Source: a virus (Duplodnaviria; Caudoviricetes). Taken from it: 31,657 nt of DNA. Where the stretch lies: IMG/VR virus record IMGVR_UViG_3300028585_000053, positions 1 through 31,657 of that record, one strand, 5' to 3'. Position numbers and translations under genes: made by a program. Positions within the stretch are counted from its first letter, which is position 1; the number at the start of each line of letters is the position of its first letter. Under the pieces are notes generated by a model, which was not told the origin of the DNA, did no database searches, and saw nothing but the letters and a program-made list of their open reading frames with translations. This document shows positions 7,132 to 16,005 of the stretch, piece by piece.

Positions 7132-7865
7132 ATTTGATCTGTCTCCCGGCGAACTACTTTCCCGACAACAATACATTCTCTACCACGGCACAGGCGGCGG
7201 GTGTACTTCGGTAGCGGATTGTCGGAGCTAAGATACCACTGACCAGCCTCACGAATCAGGCGCTTGATGACGGGCTCCCCCTCGTAATTCACCGCATACA
7301 CCTCTCCATTCACCAAAGTGGTGTCTGCCGTATTTACTATCACAAGGTCCCCAGCAACCAGGTTGGGCTCCATGCTTTCGCCTTTAATCTCGATAGCCAA
7401 TAGGTGCTTCGGATTAAGGTTCCTTTTTTTAAGCCAACGCGTTGGGACTTCCCATAGCCCACCATCTTGATCGTCCAACTCGACTTGAAAACCGGTAACG
7501 CCAGCAGACAGCTTGATGTTTGCAACCTTGAGGATTTTTGTGCGAGACGGATGATCTGAGCCGTGGTCTGCAACTAGGAGTGACCCAGGCAGCAAAGTGA
7601 CTGGATCCGAGGCGGGAGCTACGTCAACCTCTCCGGCACTAAAAGGGGTGCCCCTGCCGTCGCCAAGCCAATCAGCCGATACTCCTAGTGCAGTGGCTAT
7701 TTTGGTAAGGCTTCGCGACGTCTTTGTCCGCCCTGACTCAAGGTGCGCAATGCTGCCCTGCGTTACACCTGCCTTCGTGGCAAGGTCTTGTTGAGTGAAG
7801 TCGGCCCCGTCGCGGGCTGCTTTCTGGGTGCGCGCCCAAATCAAGCGCTCTTGCAAAGTTTTCAT
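7128..7865 (-). CDS. cI: CI-like repressor (XRE HTH plus S24 peptidase)
   Basis: TQQDLATKAGVTQGSIAHLESG HTH; LSAG cleavage site; GESMEP catalytic Ser; IKRL catalytic Lys. Confidence 0.95.
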   Translation of the reverse strand: MKTLQERLIWARTQKAARDGADFTQQDLATKAGVTQGSIAHLESGRTKTSRSLTKIATALGVSADWLGDGRGTPFSAGEVDVAPASDPVTLLPGSLLVADHGSDHPSRTKILKVANIKLSAGVTGFQVELDDQDGGLWEVPTRWLKKRNLNPKHLLAIEIKGESMEPNLVAGDLVIVNTADTTLVNGEVYAVNYEGEPVIKRLIREAGQWYLSSDNPLPKYTRRLCRGRECIVVGKVVRRETDQI

Positions 7866-7936
7866 ATCACGATTGTAATGAGAAACATCATTACAAAGGT
7901 ATTGAGGATCTTCAATACGTATGTAATAATGACGGC
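7866..7936. promoter_or_regulatory. OR switch: three operators with divergent PRM and PR
   Basis: Operators at 7866-7879, 7890-7903 and 7914-7927 (24-bp period, AWTAC-N4-GTAWT); PR TTGAGG(7902)-17-AATAAT(7925); PRM -10 TACAAT (minus, 7872-7877). Confidence 0.85.
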
Positions 7937-8188
7937 ATGGACATCCAAAAAATCACCGCCGATCTAATCGCCACTGGACTGACGCAAGAGGCGCTCGCTG
8001 CGCTGGTCAATTGCAGTCAGCCGACCATAAGCGCCTTTTTAAAGGGGAGTCGAGGTTCGCGTCCTTCGCTTCTGATCGGAAATCGCTTGCTTGAACTTCA
8101 TAACGAGCGAGTGGTTGCGGTGGGAAGTGTTGAGCGCGCCCGCCGTAAGGATGACAAGGGCTCTGCGGCCAGCACGTCGCAGGGGTAA
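7937..8188 (+). CDS. cro: Cro-like HTH protein
   Basis: Divergent from cI; GLTQEALAALVNCSQPTISAF HTH. Confidence 0.85.
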   Translation: MDIQKITADLIATGLTQEALAALVNCSQPTISAFLKGSRGSRPSLLIGNRLLELHNERVVAVGSVERARRKDDKGSAASTSQG

Positions 8189-8333
8189 CACCACCAGCAC
8201 TGACGAGCTTGTTCTGTCGCTCAAGTTGGCACGGGGCTGTTTTCGCTTACCTAAAAGATTGCTCATGGGAAATTTTGTATTGGTAATGATGGATGAATCC
8301 TACCGATATTGTTGAGTTTGAAATACCCAAGCG

Positions 8334-8825
8334 ATGGAAGGAATTAGTGTGGAACTCTTAACGTCTTACCAAGAAATGATTAAGGTGCACGGCTGGACCG
8401 GCACCGCTGCAACGCTTGGGATGACCAAGTCGCAGTTGCATGCGCGCGTCTACGAGGTTAAGGGTTCGGGCATGCGTGTGGAGACGGCGCTACTGATCCA
8501 GATGTATGCGGGAACGACGCACTTCGCTCAAGCAGTTGCCGCAGCATCAGGTGGCGTATTTTTCGAGCTCCCGCAAGCCGGTGGTCTCGGCGGCATCGGA
8601 CTGCACGATAAGTTCCATGAGCTGTACGCCGAGCTCGGCCGCCTGTCCGCTACCTACACCGACGCCACCAAGGACGGCGAGATCGACCGTCGCGAGCGCG
8701 CCGACCTGGAGTCCATCGCGCAGGAAATGCACAAGACCATGCGAGAACTGATGGCCTTGATGTTCCAGATTTACTGCCGTCCGACTGCGGTTGCCGGCAT
8801 GCAAAGCACCACCGATGAATCCTAA
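8334..8825 (+). CDS. Phage regulatory CII-like (YmfL-type) protein
   Basis: Position after cro; N-terminal HTH; DGEIDRRE motif; start may be the GTG at 8349. Confidence 0.75.
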   Translation: MEGISVELLTSYQEMIKVHGWTGTAATLGMTKSQLHARVYEVKGSGMRVETALLIQMYAGTTHFAQAVAAASGGVFFELPQAGGLGGIGLHDKFHELYAELGRLSATYTDATKDGEIDRRERADLESIAQEMHKTMRELMALMFQIYCRPTAVAGMQSTTDES

Positions 8826-8982
8826 AAATCAACAACACATTCCCGACCTGTGGCAACAGCGCGTAGCGGCGCACGCTTCCACCGAGCGCAGCATGGCCGA
8901 GAAGGCTCGCATCTTGACCCGCCTTCAAATCGGCCTGGCGCAAGTGCGCGCAGCACAGGGGGTGAAAAATGCTGACGCGTGA
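8815..8982 (+). CDS. Small hypothetical protein (55 aa)
   Basis: Bridges the cII-like and primase genes, overlapping both. Confidence 0.5.
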   Translation: MNPKNQQHIPDLWQQRVAAHASTERSMAEKARILTRLQIGLAQVRAAQGVKNADA

Positions 8983-11722
8983 CCAGGTCATCGAACAGAT
9001 GGCAGCAGCGGGACTGCCCGCGCTGCCGCAAGGGCATCCAGTCCTCGACGGCAAGGCACACCGCTTCGGACCGAAGAGCAAGGCATGGTACCTGCTGCGC
9101 GAATTGAAGCTGAACTCCGGGCGCGAAGTCGTGACCGGCGCTTTCGGCATCTGGCAGGGCCAGAACCCGAACTCGATTCCGGTCAAGATGGAATGGGCCG
9201 GTGTCTCGCCCGAAGAGCGTGCCGATGCCGAGCGTAAGCAGGCCGCGTACGACCGCGCCCAAGCCGAACGCAAGCAGCGCAAGGCCGAGCTGGCCGCCAA
9301 TCGCGCACGCGCGGATTGGACCGCCGCCGCCGACAGCGACCAGCCATCGGCCTACCTGGCGCGCAAGCGCGTCGGCAGCGAGAAGACGCGCGTCGACAAG
9401 GACGGCGTGCTGCTGGTCCCGGTGTGCAAGTACAGCGCCGGCGGTGCTACTCTGGCCGGCCTGCAGCGGATCCAGCCGGACGGAGACAAGCGCTTCAGCA
9501 GCGGGATCGACATGGTCGCCGGGGGCTGCCTGCTCGGCAAGGCGTCGGGCGACACGCCTCTGATTGAGATCGGCGAGGGTTACGCGACGTGCGAGACGGT
9601 CCGGATGGCGACTGAGTTCGACACGCCGGTCATGGTCGCCTTCAACGCCGGCAATCTGCTCCCAGTCGCAAAGCAACTGCGTGCCGACTTCCCCGACGCC
9701 CATCTGCTGTTCCTGGCCGACGACGACATGCGTGTGGTTGCCCGCCTGCGCGAGTTCCTGGAGAAGGAATTCGACGCCAAGTGGGAGCCAGTAATCGACG
9801 GCGCTGACCACCAGCTGCTGACCGCATCTGGCGACGCCATGCAGGTACGCGCGACGTGGCGCGATGACGCGACCGGCACGCCCTACATCGAAGCCGATAT
9901 TCGTGCAGGCCGCCGCGTCCAGCTGACCAAGTTCGAAAACGCCGGCGTCTCGCGCTCACGTGCAGCTGCGCGCGCGGTCGGTAACGCTTCGGTCGTGGCC
10001 CCAGTATTCGCCGCGCGTGCCGACGACAGCAAGGCCAGTGACTTCAACGACCTGTACCTGGCTGAATCGCTCGACGTGGTGCGCGAACAGATACAGGCGG
10101 CGCGCTCCCGCGCCCTCACGGTGGCCGAGCCTGATGCCCCGGCCGCTGCTGACGACGATCTGCCGGCCTACCTGGACGATGTGCCGTTGCCTGAGGCGCC
10201 TCCAGCGAGTGAGCCGCAAGACATCCAGGGCGACATGCGCGCGCCAACGCTGGAGGTGCTGCTCGCGCACTTCCAGCTGATCTACCCGACCACCGACGTG
10301 TGGGACAGCCGCCGCAAGCAACGCCTGAAGAAATCCGCATTCACCGCGTGGGTCGGCAAGGATCTGGCCAGCAACTGGGAGAAAGATCCGGGCCGGCGCG
10401 CCATCAATCGCGACACCCTGCCGACCCTCATCGGCGGCAAGGCGGTCGAGGGCAATGGCAGCGGCGGCAAGCTGGGCGAGATGCTCGACAACCTGACGCT
10501 GCTGCGTGGCACCGAAACCGTATGGGACGGCATTGGCCAGCAGGTCATGTCGCTGGGCGCCGTACGCGCCGACTACACGGCCGAGCTGACCAGTAAGTGG
10601 CAAGAACACGCGCTGCGCAAGACCATCGAGGCGCGCAACCTGGTGTTCGATCCGACCCAGCAGGCCGACCTGGTCAGCTGCGTGAACATCTTCCTGGGGT
10701 GGCCGCTCAAGCCCGTACCAAACGAAGAACTGGTCAAGCCGATCCTCGCGCTCCTGGCCTCGCTGTGCGACGCCGAAGACCGGGCCGAGGAACACATGGA
10801 GTGGATCCTGCGCTGGCTGGCCTACCCGCTGCAGCACCCGGGCGCCAAGATGCAGACCGCGCTGCTGATGTTTGGCGAGAAGCAGGGCACCGGCAAGTCG
10901 CTGTTCTTCGAGGGCGTGATGCTGCCGATGTTCGGCGACTACGGCACGGTCGCCAGTCAACACCAGTTGGACTCGACCTTCACGTCCTGGCGCAGCAGGA
11001 AGCTGTTCGTCCTGTTCGAGGAGGTGCTCTCGCGCGACGACAAGTACAGCCACAACGGCACGCTCAAGTACATGATCACCGGCAAGACGATGAACATCAA
11101 CGAGAAGAACCTGCCGGCGCGCGACGAGTGCAACCACATGAATTCGGTGTTCCTCTCCAACGAGCCGCAGCCGATCCCGATCGAGCTCGAAGACCGGCGC
11201 TTCATGGTGATCGAGGCGCGGCGCAAGCAGGACCCGGCCTTCTACAACCAGGTCAAGGATGCGATCGCGGCCGGCGCCATCGAGGCGTTCTACCACTTCC
11301 TGCTCAACCTGCCGCTGGACGACTTCAACGAGCACACCAAGCCGCCCATGACGCTGGCGAAAGAGCGCGTGATCGAGTTCGGCCTGGCCGGCTGGATGTC
11401 CTTCCACCGGGCCTGGAAGGATGGCTTCCTGGACGCGCCGTACTGCTCTTGCCTGTCGGAAGATCTGTACATCATCTACAAGCGCTGGTGCGACAAGGCC
11501 GGCGAGAAACCGCTCACGCTATGCAAGTTCGCCGGCTTGATCGGTGGGCGCGAGCACAAGGCCAAGAAGAGCGTCGCTGTCGACAGCAAGCACAAGAAGA
11601 CGCGCATGACGTTCGTGGTTGAGAACCCCGATTTCCCGGACCCATTGGATGAGCAGATCGCCAAGTTCCGGGAGCTGGGCAAGGTCCGTGCGGACCGCGC
11701 ATTGCAGGGTTACGCAGAGTAG
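8969..11722 (+). CDS. Toprim primase fused to D5/DUF5906-type NTPase helicase
   Basis: YLARK, LQRIQPDGDKRF, GEGYAT, LADDD and SDFND Toprim motifs; Walker A GEKQGTGKS; VLFEE Walker B; DRRF. Confidence 0.92.
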   Translation: MLTRDQVIEQMAAAGLPALPQGHPVLDGKAHRFGPKSKAWYLLRELKLNSGREVVTGAFGIWQGQNPNSIPVKMEWAGVSPEERADAERKQAAYDRAQAERKQRKAELAANRARADWTAAADSDQPSAYLARKRVGSEKTRVDKDGVLLVPVCKYSAGGATLAGLQRIQPDGDKRFSSGIDMVAGGCLLGKASGDTPLIEIGEGYATCETVRMATEFDTPVMVAFNAGNLLPVAKQLRADFPDAHLLFLADDDMRVVARLREFLEKEFDAKWEPVIDGADHQLLTASGDAMQVRATWRDDATGTPYIEADIRAGRRVQLTKFENAGVSRSRAAARAVGNASVVAPVFAARADDSKASDFNDLYLAESLDVVREQIQAARSRALTVAEPDAPAAADDDLPAYLDDVPLPEAPPASEPQDIQGDMRAPTLEVLLAHFQLIYPTTDVWDSRRKQRLKKSAFTAWVGKDLASNWEKDPGRRAINRDTLPTLIGGKAVEGNGSGGKLGEMLDNLTLLRGTETVWDGIGQQVMSLGAVRADYTAELTSKWQEHALRKTIEARNLVFDPTQQADLVSCVNIFLGWPLKPVPNEELVKPILALLASLCDAEDRAEEHMEWILRWLAYPLQHPGAKMQTALLMFGEKQGTGKSLFFEGVMLPMFGDYGTVASQHQLDSTFTSWRSRKLFVLFEEVLSRDDKYSHNGTLKYMITGKTMNINEKNLPARDECNHMNSVFLSNEPQPIPIELEDRRFMVIEARRKQDPAFYNQVKDAIAAGAIEAFYHFLLNLPLDDFNEHTKPPMTLAKERVIEFGLAGWMSFHRAWKDGFLDAPYCSCLSEDLYIIYKRWCDKAGEKPLTLCKFAGLIGGREHKAKKSVAVDSKHKKTRMTFVVENPDFPDPLDEQIAKFRELGKVRADRALQGYAE

Positions 11723-11928
11723 TTATCAAACCCTGCAAGCCGGAAACCCGCATGGATGCTGGGTTCTAGCAGGGTACGCAGGGTTGGCCGGGTTTTGCGC
11801 ATGTAGGCGCGAACGTATGCAGTAGGGCCGATGTGTTTTTTTTTGACAGCCACATCATAAACGACCCTGCATGTGTGCATACCCTGCCAATAAGCAGTAT
11901 CCATGCGGGTTTCAGACTTGCAGGGTTT
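11704..11928. repeat. Putative replication origin: GCAGGGT iterons and a 34-bp imperfect inverted repeat
   Basis: IR 11728-11761 / 11895-11928 (3 mismatches); GCAGGGT/ACCCTGC at 11704, 11730, 11769, 11778, 11864, 11881 and 11920; central T9 run at 11836-11844. Confidence 0.7.
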
Positions 11929-11969
11929 TAAAAATAGGCTGCAAAGCCGGAAATTCAGAGGGTGACACG

Positions 11970-12713
11970 ATGCGCATGAACTTGAGAACGGATTTTCCAG
12001 CAGCTGCGGAGCGAATCGTCGAGCTGGGCCGTCGCGGCCCGATCGTCGCCGCCATCGCGTTGACGCGCACCGCCAAGGATGTCCAGGGCGCGATCAAGCA
12101 AGAGATGGGGTCTGTGTTCGATCGCCCGACGACGTACGCCCTCAACGGCACCTTCCTGAAGTCTGCGACCAAAGACAGCCTGGCGGCGCGCGTATGGGTC
12201 AAGGACAACCCGTTCGGCAAAGGCACGCAGGCCGATCGCTTCCTCGGTCCGCAAATCTTCGGTGGCCAACGCGGCCACAAAGGCATGGAGCGGATGCTGC
12301 AGGCCAACGGCAAGATGCCGCAAGGCTGGTACGCGGTGCCGGGTGAGGGTGCCGACATCGACGCCAACGGCAACATGCGCCGCGGCCAGATCCGCCAGAT
12401 GCTGTCGCAGCTGAAGTTGCAGCAGGGCGGCGGCTACGAGTCGCGCGCCACCGGCAGCCAGCGCTCGAACCGCACCATCGCGCGCCAGGGCGTCACGTAC
12501 TTCGCGCTGCCGAACGGGAACAAGGGGCTGCTGCCTGGCGTGTACGCCAAGCGCCGCTTCGCCCTGGGCACAGCGATCAAGCCGGTGCTGATCTTCGTCC
12601 AGGCGGTCGAGTACAAGAAGCGCCTGAACTTCCATGAGGTCGGCCAGGCCACGGTCGAGGCGCGCTTCCCGGTCCACTTCGAGGCCGAGTTCAACCGGCC
12701 GCGGGGCGGGTAG
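11970..12713 (+). CDS. Conserved phage protein, possibly lambda gpZ-like tail-completion protein
   Basis: GAGGGTG SD; basic protein with ALTRTAKD...FDRPT N-terminus reminiscent of gpZ-like proteins. Confidence 0.6.
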   Translation: MRMNLRTDFPAAAERIVELGRRGPIVAAIALTRTAKDVQGAIKQEMGSVFDRPTTYALNGTFLKSATKDSLAARVWVKDNPFGKGTQADRFLGPQIFGGQRGHKGMERMLQANGKMPQGWYAVPGEGADIDANGNMRRGQIRQMLSQLKLQQGGGYESRATGSQRSNRTIARQGVTYFALPNGNKGLLPGVYAKRRFALGTAIKPVLIFVQAVEYKKRLNFHEVGQATVEARFPVHFEAEFNRPRGG

Positions 12714-12774
12714 AGGTGCCTCGGGCCGGGTTCGGAAAAAGTTTCTCAAAAAAAACTTCCATACCCCCCCTTAT

Positions 12775-12897
12775 AGGTTCTTCCCGAGAGGGGCTAACCA
12801 AGGGTAATTCAGGCCTCGTCAACGCACTAGCAGATCCCAAAAACATTTCCTGACAACTGACCTGACAACGAATCGATATGACGCAAAACCTGACAAC
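12775..12897 (+). promoter_or_regulatory. Putative cos region (cosQ-like, nick region, terminase-binding repeats)
   Basis: AGGTTCTT at 12775 resembles lambda cosQ GGGTCCT; GGGTAATTCAGGCCTC at 12802-12817; CCTGACAAC x3 at 12849, 12861 and 12889; directly upstream of the small terminase. Confidence 0.55.
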
Positions 12898-13447
12898 CAT
12901 CGCCGAGTGGGCCAAGCTGGTGGGCATCTCGCGCCAGTCCGCGTACGACGCGGTGACCAGGTGCGGGATCCCGGTGACCGACGGGAAGCTCGACCCGGAC
13001 TACGCGACGCACCTGTACCAGAAGCACACCCGCCCGCGCGCCAACGCCCAGCGACCTGCCTCTCTGGCAAATGAGGCGCAGCCGACCACCCCGGCGGGTA
13101 CGGGAGGTGCGGAGTCCGAGGTCAAGCCGGCAAAGGTCCCGGGCTACGATACGAGCCGTGCACGCCGGGAGGCAGCGGAGGCTGCTGCTGCCGAGATCAA
13201 GCTGGCCGAGATGTCCGGCCAGTTCCTGCTCAAGAGCGGCGTCGACGCGGCGGTGTTCGAAGCAGCGCGTGCACTGCGTGACGGGCTGATGAACTGCGCG
13301 CGCCGGATCGCCGCCGACGTGGCGCCGTTGCGTACCGCCGAGGAGTGCGAGGACGTGATCGATCGCGAGCACCGCGCGCTGCTGGAAAGCCTGGCCCATG
13401 CGTTCGGTGAGCGCCTGGATGTGCAGCTCGAGGAGCACGCCGGATGA
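12878..13447 (+). CDS. Terminase small subunit
   Basis: N-terminal wHTH (IAEWAKLVGISRQS); SRARRE...AEIKLAEMSG helix; ATGA overlap with the large subunit. Confidence 0.88.
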   Translation: MTQNLTTIAEWAKLVGISRQSAYDAVTRCGIPVTDGKLDPDYATHLYQKHTRPRANAQRPASLANEAQPTTPAGTGGAESEVKPAKVPGYDTSRARREAAEAAAAEIKLAEMSGQFLLKSGVDAAVFEAARALRDGLMNCARRIAADVAPLRTAEECEDVIDREHRALLESLAHAFGERLDVQLEEHAG

Positions 13448-15456
13448 TTGGCCTGATGCCAGCGGTTGCGATCGTGCGTCCGGCGATCGCGCGCGCCCTG
13501 CAGCCTGACCCGAACATGACGGTCGACGCGTGGGCTGACCAGCACATGGTCATCCCGAAAGAGTCGGGCGCCAATGAGTCGGGCAAGTACCGTACCGACC
13601 GCACGCCGCACGCACGCGAAGTGATGCGCGCCCTGTCCGATAATCACCCCTGCAAGATCGTCGCGCTGATGGGAGCGTCGCAGATGCTCAAGACGCAGGT
13701 CGGGCTGAACTGGTTCTGCTGCTCGGTCCACCAGTCGCCGGCGAACTTCTTGTGGATCCTCCCGACCGGCAAGCTGGCGAAGCGCACCAGTGCCCGGGTC
13801 AGCAAGACCATCGGCGCGGTGCTGCCGGTGCGCGAGCGCGTGGCCGCTCCGCGCTCGCGCGACTCGGTCAACACGCTCGACACCAAGGAATACATCGGCG
13901 GCTCGCTGCACATCGTCACTGCCGGCGCGGCCGCCAACCTGTCCGAGATCCCGGCGCGCCGCGTGCTGTTCGATGAGGTCGACCGCGCCGACAACAACGT
14001 CAACGGCGAGGGCGATCCGGTAGCCCTGGCCAAGGCGCGCCAGACCACGTTCGAGCGTAACCGCAAGAGCTACTTTCCAAGCTCGCCGACCGTCACGGGT
14101 CGCTCGATCATCGAAGGGCTGTTCAGGCAAGGGACGCGACGCGAGGCCTTGGCCGACTGCGTGCACTGCGGTCATGAGCAGCCGCTGGTGTTCGAGCGCC
14201 TGCAGGAGGACGATGCCGGCAACGCCATTTACCCGTGCTGCGACTGCGGCGCGTTCATGCGCGAAACCGACAAGGGGCGGATGTTCGCGCGTGGCGCCTG
14301 GTCGACCGGTGTGCCTGGTGATGGTGAGACCGAGAGCTTCGTCATCAGCGGCATGTTCGCGCCGTACGGCTGGGTGCCGTGGAAGACGCTGCTGCTTGAG
14401 TATCGCGCAGCGCGCGCCCGCCTGGACGAGGGAAGCGACGAGCTGATGATCGTGTTCTACAACACGCGCCTGGCGCGCTGTTGGGAGCGCAAGAAGGAAC
14501 AGACCAAGGCATCGGAACTGAAAGAGCGCGCCGGCGGGTACAAGCTCGGCACGGTGCCGATGGGTGGCCTGGTGCTGACCGGATCGGTCGACACGCAGAA
14601 CGATCGCCTGGAGTTGAAGGTCGTCGCGTGGGGCGAGGGTATGGAAGACTGGATCGTCGACTTCCAGATTGTGTGGGGATCGCCGAGCGAGCAGGCCACC
14701 TGGGACAAGCTGGACGAGCTGCTCAAGGGGCGTTACCGCCATGCCGGCGGGCGCGAGCTGGGCATCGCTGCGGCGTTCATTGACTCGGGTGGCGCCCATA
14801 CCAACGAGGTGTACAACTTCACCCGTACCCGTCAGCACCGGCACATCTATGCGATCAAGGGCTCGTCGACCGCGGACAAGCCGATCCTCGCCAAGAAGCC
14901 GACGCTCGTCGACGTGAACTGGATGGGTAATGTCGTGCCGCACGGCGCCAAGATGTGGCTGATCGGTACCGACACCGCGAAGGATTATCTGGCCAGCCGT
15001 TACCACCTGGCCGACGGCCCGGGCGCCACGCACTTCCCTGAAGGCTTGCCGGACGATTACTTCGACCAGCTGACCGCCGAGTACAGCGTCACGGTCTACA
15101 AGCGCGGCCGCAAGGTGCGGGTGTGGGAAAAGAAAAAGAACGATCGCAACGAGGCCGGTGACTTGATGGTCTACAACCTGGCCTGCGCGTACTACCTCGG
15201 CTTGCACAAGAAGACCCCGAACCAGTGGCAGCTGCTACGCGAAAACGTTGTCCCGGCCGTGCCGGACCTTTTCAGCAATCACGGATCAATCGAACAAGAT
15301 CAACCTGCGGGCGGCGAGGGCGGCGAGGGCGGCGTCACAGCCGCACTGGCACCAGCAGCATCACCATCAGCGCAAACCAAAGAAGAACCATGGACACCGA
15401 GATCAAAGCTGAGCCAGCAATCACAAGCACGCCGTCCCGGCGGCAGGCAGTGGTGA
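13444..15456 (+). CDS. Terminase large subunit (lambda GpA family)
   Basis: ASQMLKT Walker A, LFDEVD Walker B, SSPT, CxxC pairs, SVDTQ, IDSGG and RNEAGD motifs. Confidence 0.96.
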   Translation: MIGLMPAVAIVRPAIARALQPDPNMTVDAWADQHMVIPKESGANESGKYRTDRTPHAREVMRALSDNHPCKIVALMGASQMLKTQVGLNWFCCSVHQSPANFLWILPTGKLAKRTSARVSKTIGAVLPVRERVAAPRSRDSVNTLDTKEYIGGSLHIVTAGAAANLSEIPARRVLFDEVDRADNNVNGEGDPVALAKARQTTFERNRKSYFPSSPTVTGRSIIEGLFRQGTRREALADCVHCGHEQPLVFERLQEDDAGNAIYPCCDCGAFMRETDKGRMFARGAWSTGVPGDGETESFVISGMFAPYGWVPWKTLLLEYRAARARLDEGSDELMIVFYNTRLARCWERKKEQTKASELKERAGGYKLGTVPMGGLVLTGSVDTQNDRLELKVVAWGEGMEDWIVDFQIVWGSPSEQATWDKLDELLKGRYRHAGGRELGIAAAFIDSGGAHTNEVYNFTRTRQHRHIYAIKGSSTADKPILAKKPTLVDVNWMGNVVPHGAKMWLIGTDTAKDYLASRYHLADGPGATHFPEGLPDDYFDQLTAEYSVTVYKRGRKVRVWEKKKNDRNEAGDLMVYNLACAYYLGLHKKTPNQWQLLRENVVPAVPDLFSNHGSIEQDQPAGGEGGEGGVTAALAPAASPSAQTKEEPWTPRSKLSQQSQARRPGGRQW

Positions 15457-15743
15457 CCGCCGCCATCCTGGATGACTCCGACCTGATCGATAAGATCTTC
15501 GAGTTCATCGCAATTCAGTTTCCGGAATTAGGAGGCAGAGCCGGGGAGCTGAAGCAGCTGGCGCGAAAGGAGTTCGCCGGTATTGAAACGTACATACCTC
15601 GGCGCTCCCAAGCAGAGCGCGATCGGATTGCGCGTGAGGTGATGGCGGCGTTTGATGGCAGCAACGCAACAGCGGTGGGCCGGCGTCTTGGCATCAGCAG
15701 GTCGTCGGTGTACCGGATCATCAAGACCGGCAGCCAGAAATAA
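15453..15743 (+). CDS. Mor/C-family late transcription activator
   Basis: EFAGIETYIPR...ERDRI...FDGSN and C-terminal HTH GISRSSVYRII; GTGA overlap with the terminase stop (alternative ATG at 15390). Confidence 0.8.
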   Translation: MTAAILDDSDLIDKIFEFIAIQFPELGGRAGELKQLARKEFAGIETYIPRRSQAERDRIAREVMAAFDGSNATAVGRRLGISRSSVYRIIKTGSQK

Positions 15744-15745
15744 AA

Positions 15746-15792
15746 TCTCAGTTTTCCGAGAATTGAGACAGCCATATCGATACCGTGATCGA
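15746..15792 (+). promoter_or_regulatory. Putative activator-dependent late promoter 1
   Basis: 26-bp TCTCAGTTTTCCGAGAATTGAGACAG, then 9 bp, -10-like TACCGT, 6 nt, ATG. Confidence 0.7.
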
Positions 15793-16005
15793 ATGGCTAT
15801 CTCCCAATCAGACCTCGACGCACTCGACCAGGCAATTGCTTCCGGCGCTACGTCGGTAACGTTCGACGGTCGCAGCATCACATACCAGAACACGGCGCAA
15901 ATGCTGGAGGCGCGCAAGCACGTCGTCCAGGTGCTCAACGGCAGTCTCCAAAACCGCGGCCCCCGCGTATTCGGTTTCCGCTTTACCACGAGCCGGGGCG
16001 ACTGA
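15793..16005 (+). CDS. gpW-like head-tail joining protein
   Basis: LDQAIASGATSVTFDGRSITY motif; between terminase and portal. Confidence 0.9.
   Translation: MAISQSDLDALDQAIASGATSVTFDGRSITYQNTAQMLEARKHVVQVLNGSLQNRGPRVFGFRFTTSRGD

Noticed and set aside
9725-9940. Possible mini-intein in the primase
   Set aside because: Too short and lacks C/S start and HN-C/S/T end motifs
9956-11407. 483-aa minus-strand ORF
   Set aside because: Antisense shadow of the primase-helicase
15310-15334. GGCGGCGAG tandem repeat in the terminase tail
   Set aside because: In-frame 9-bp unit encoding a low-complexity GGE linker
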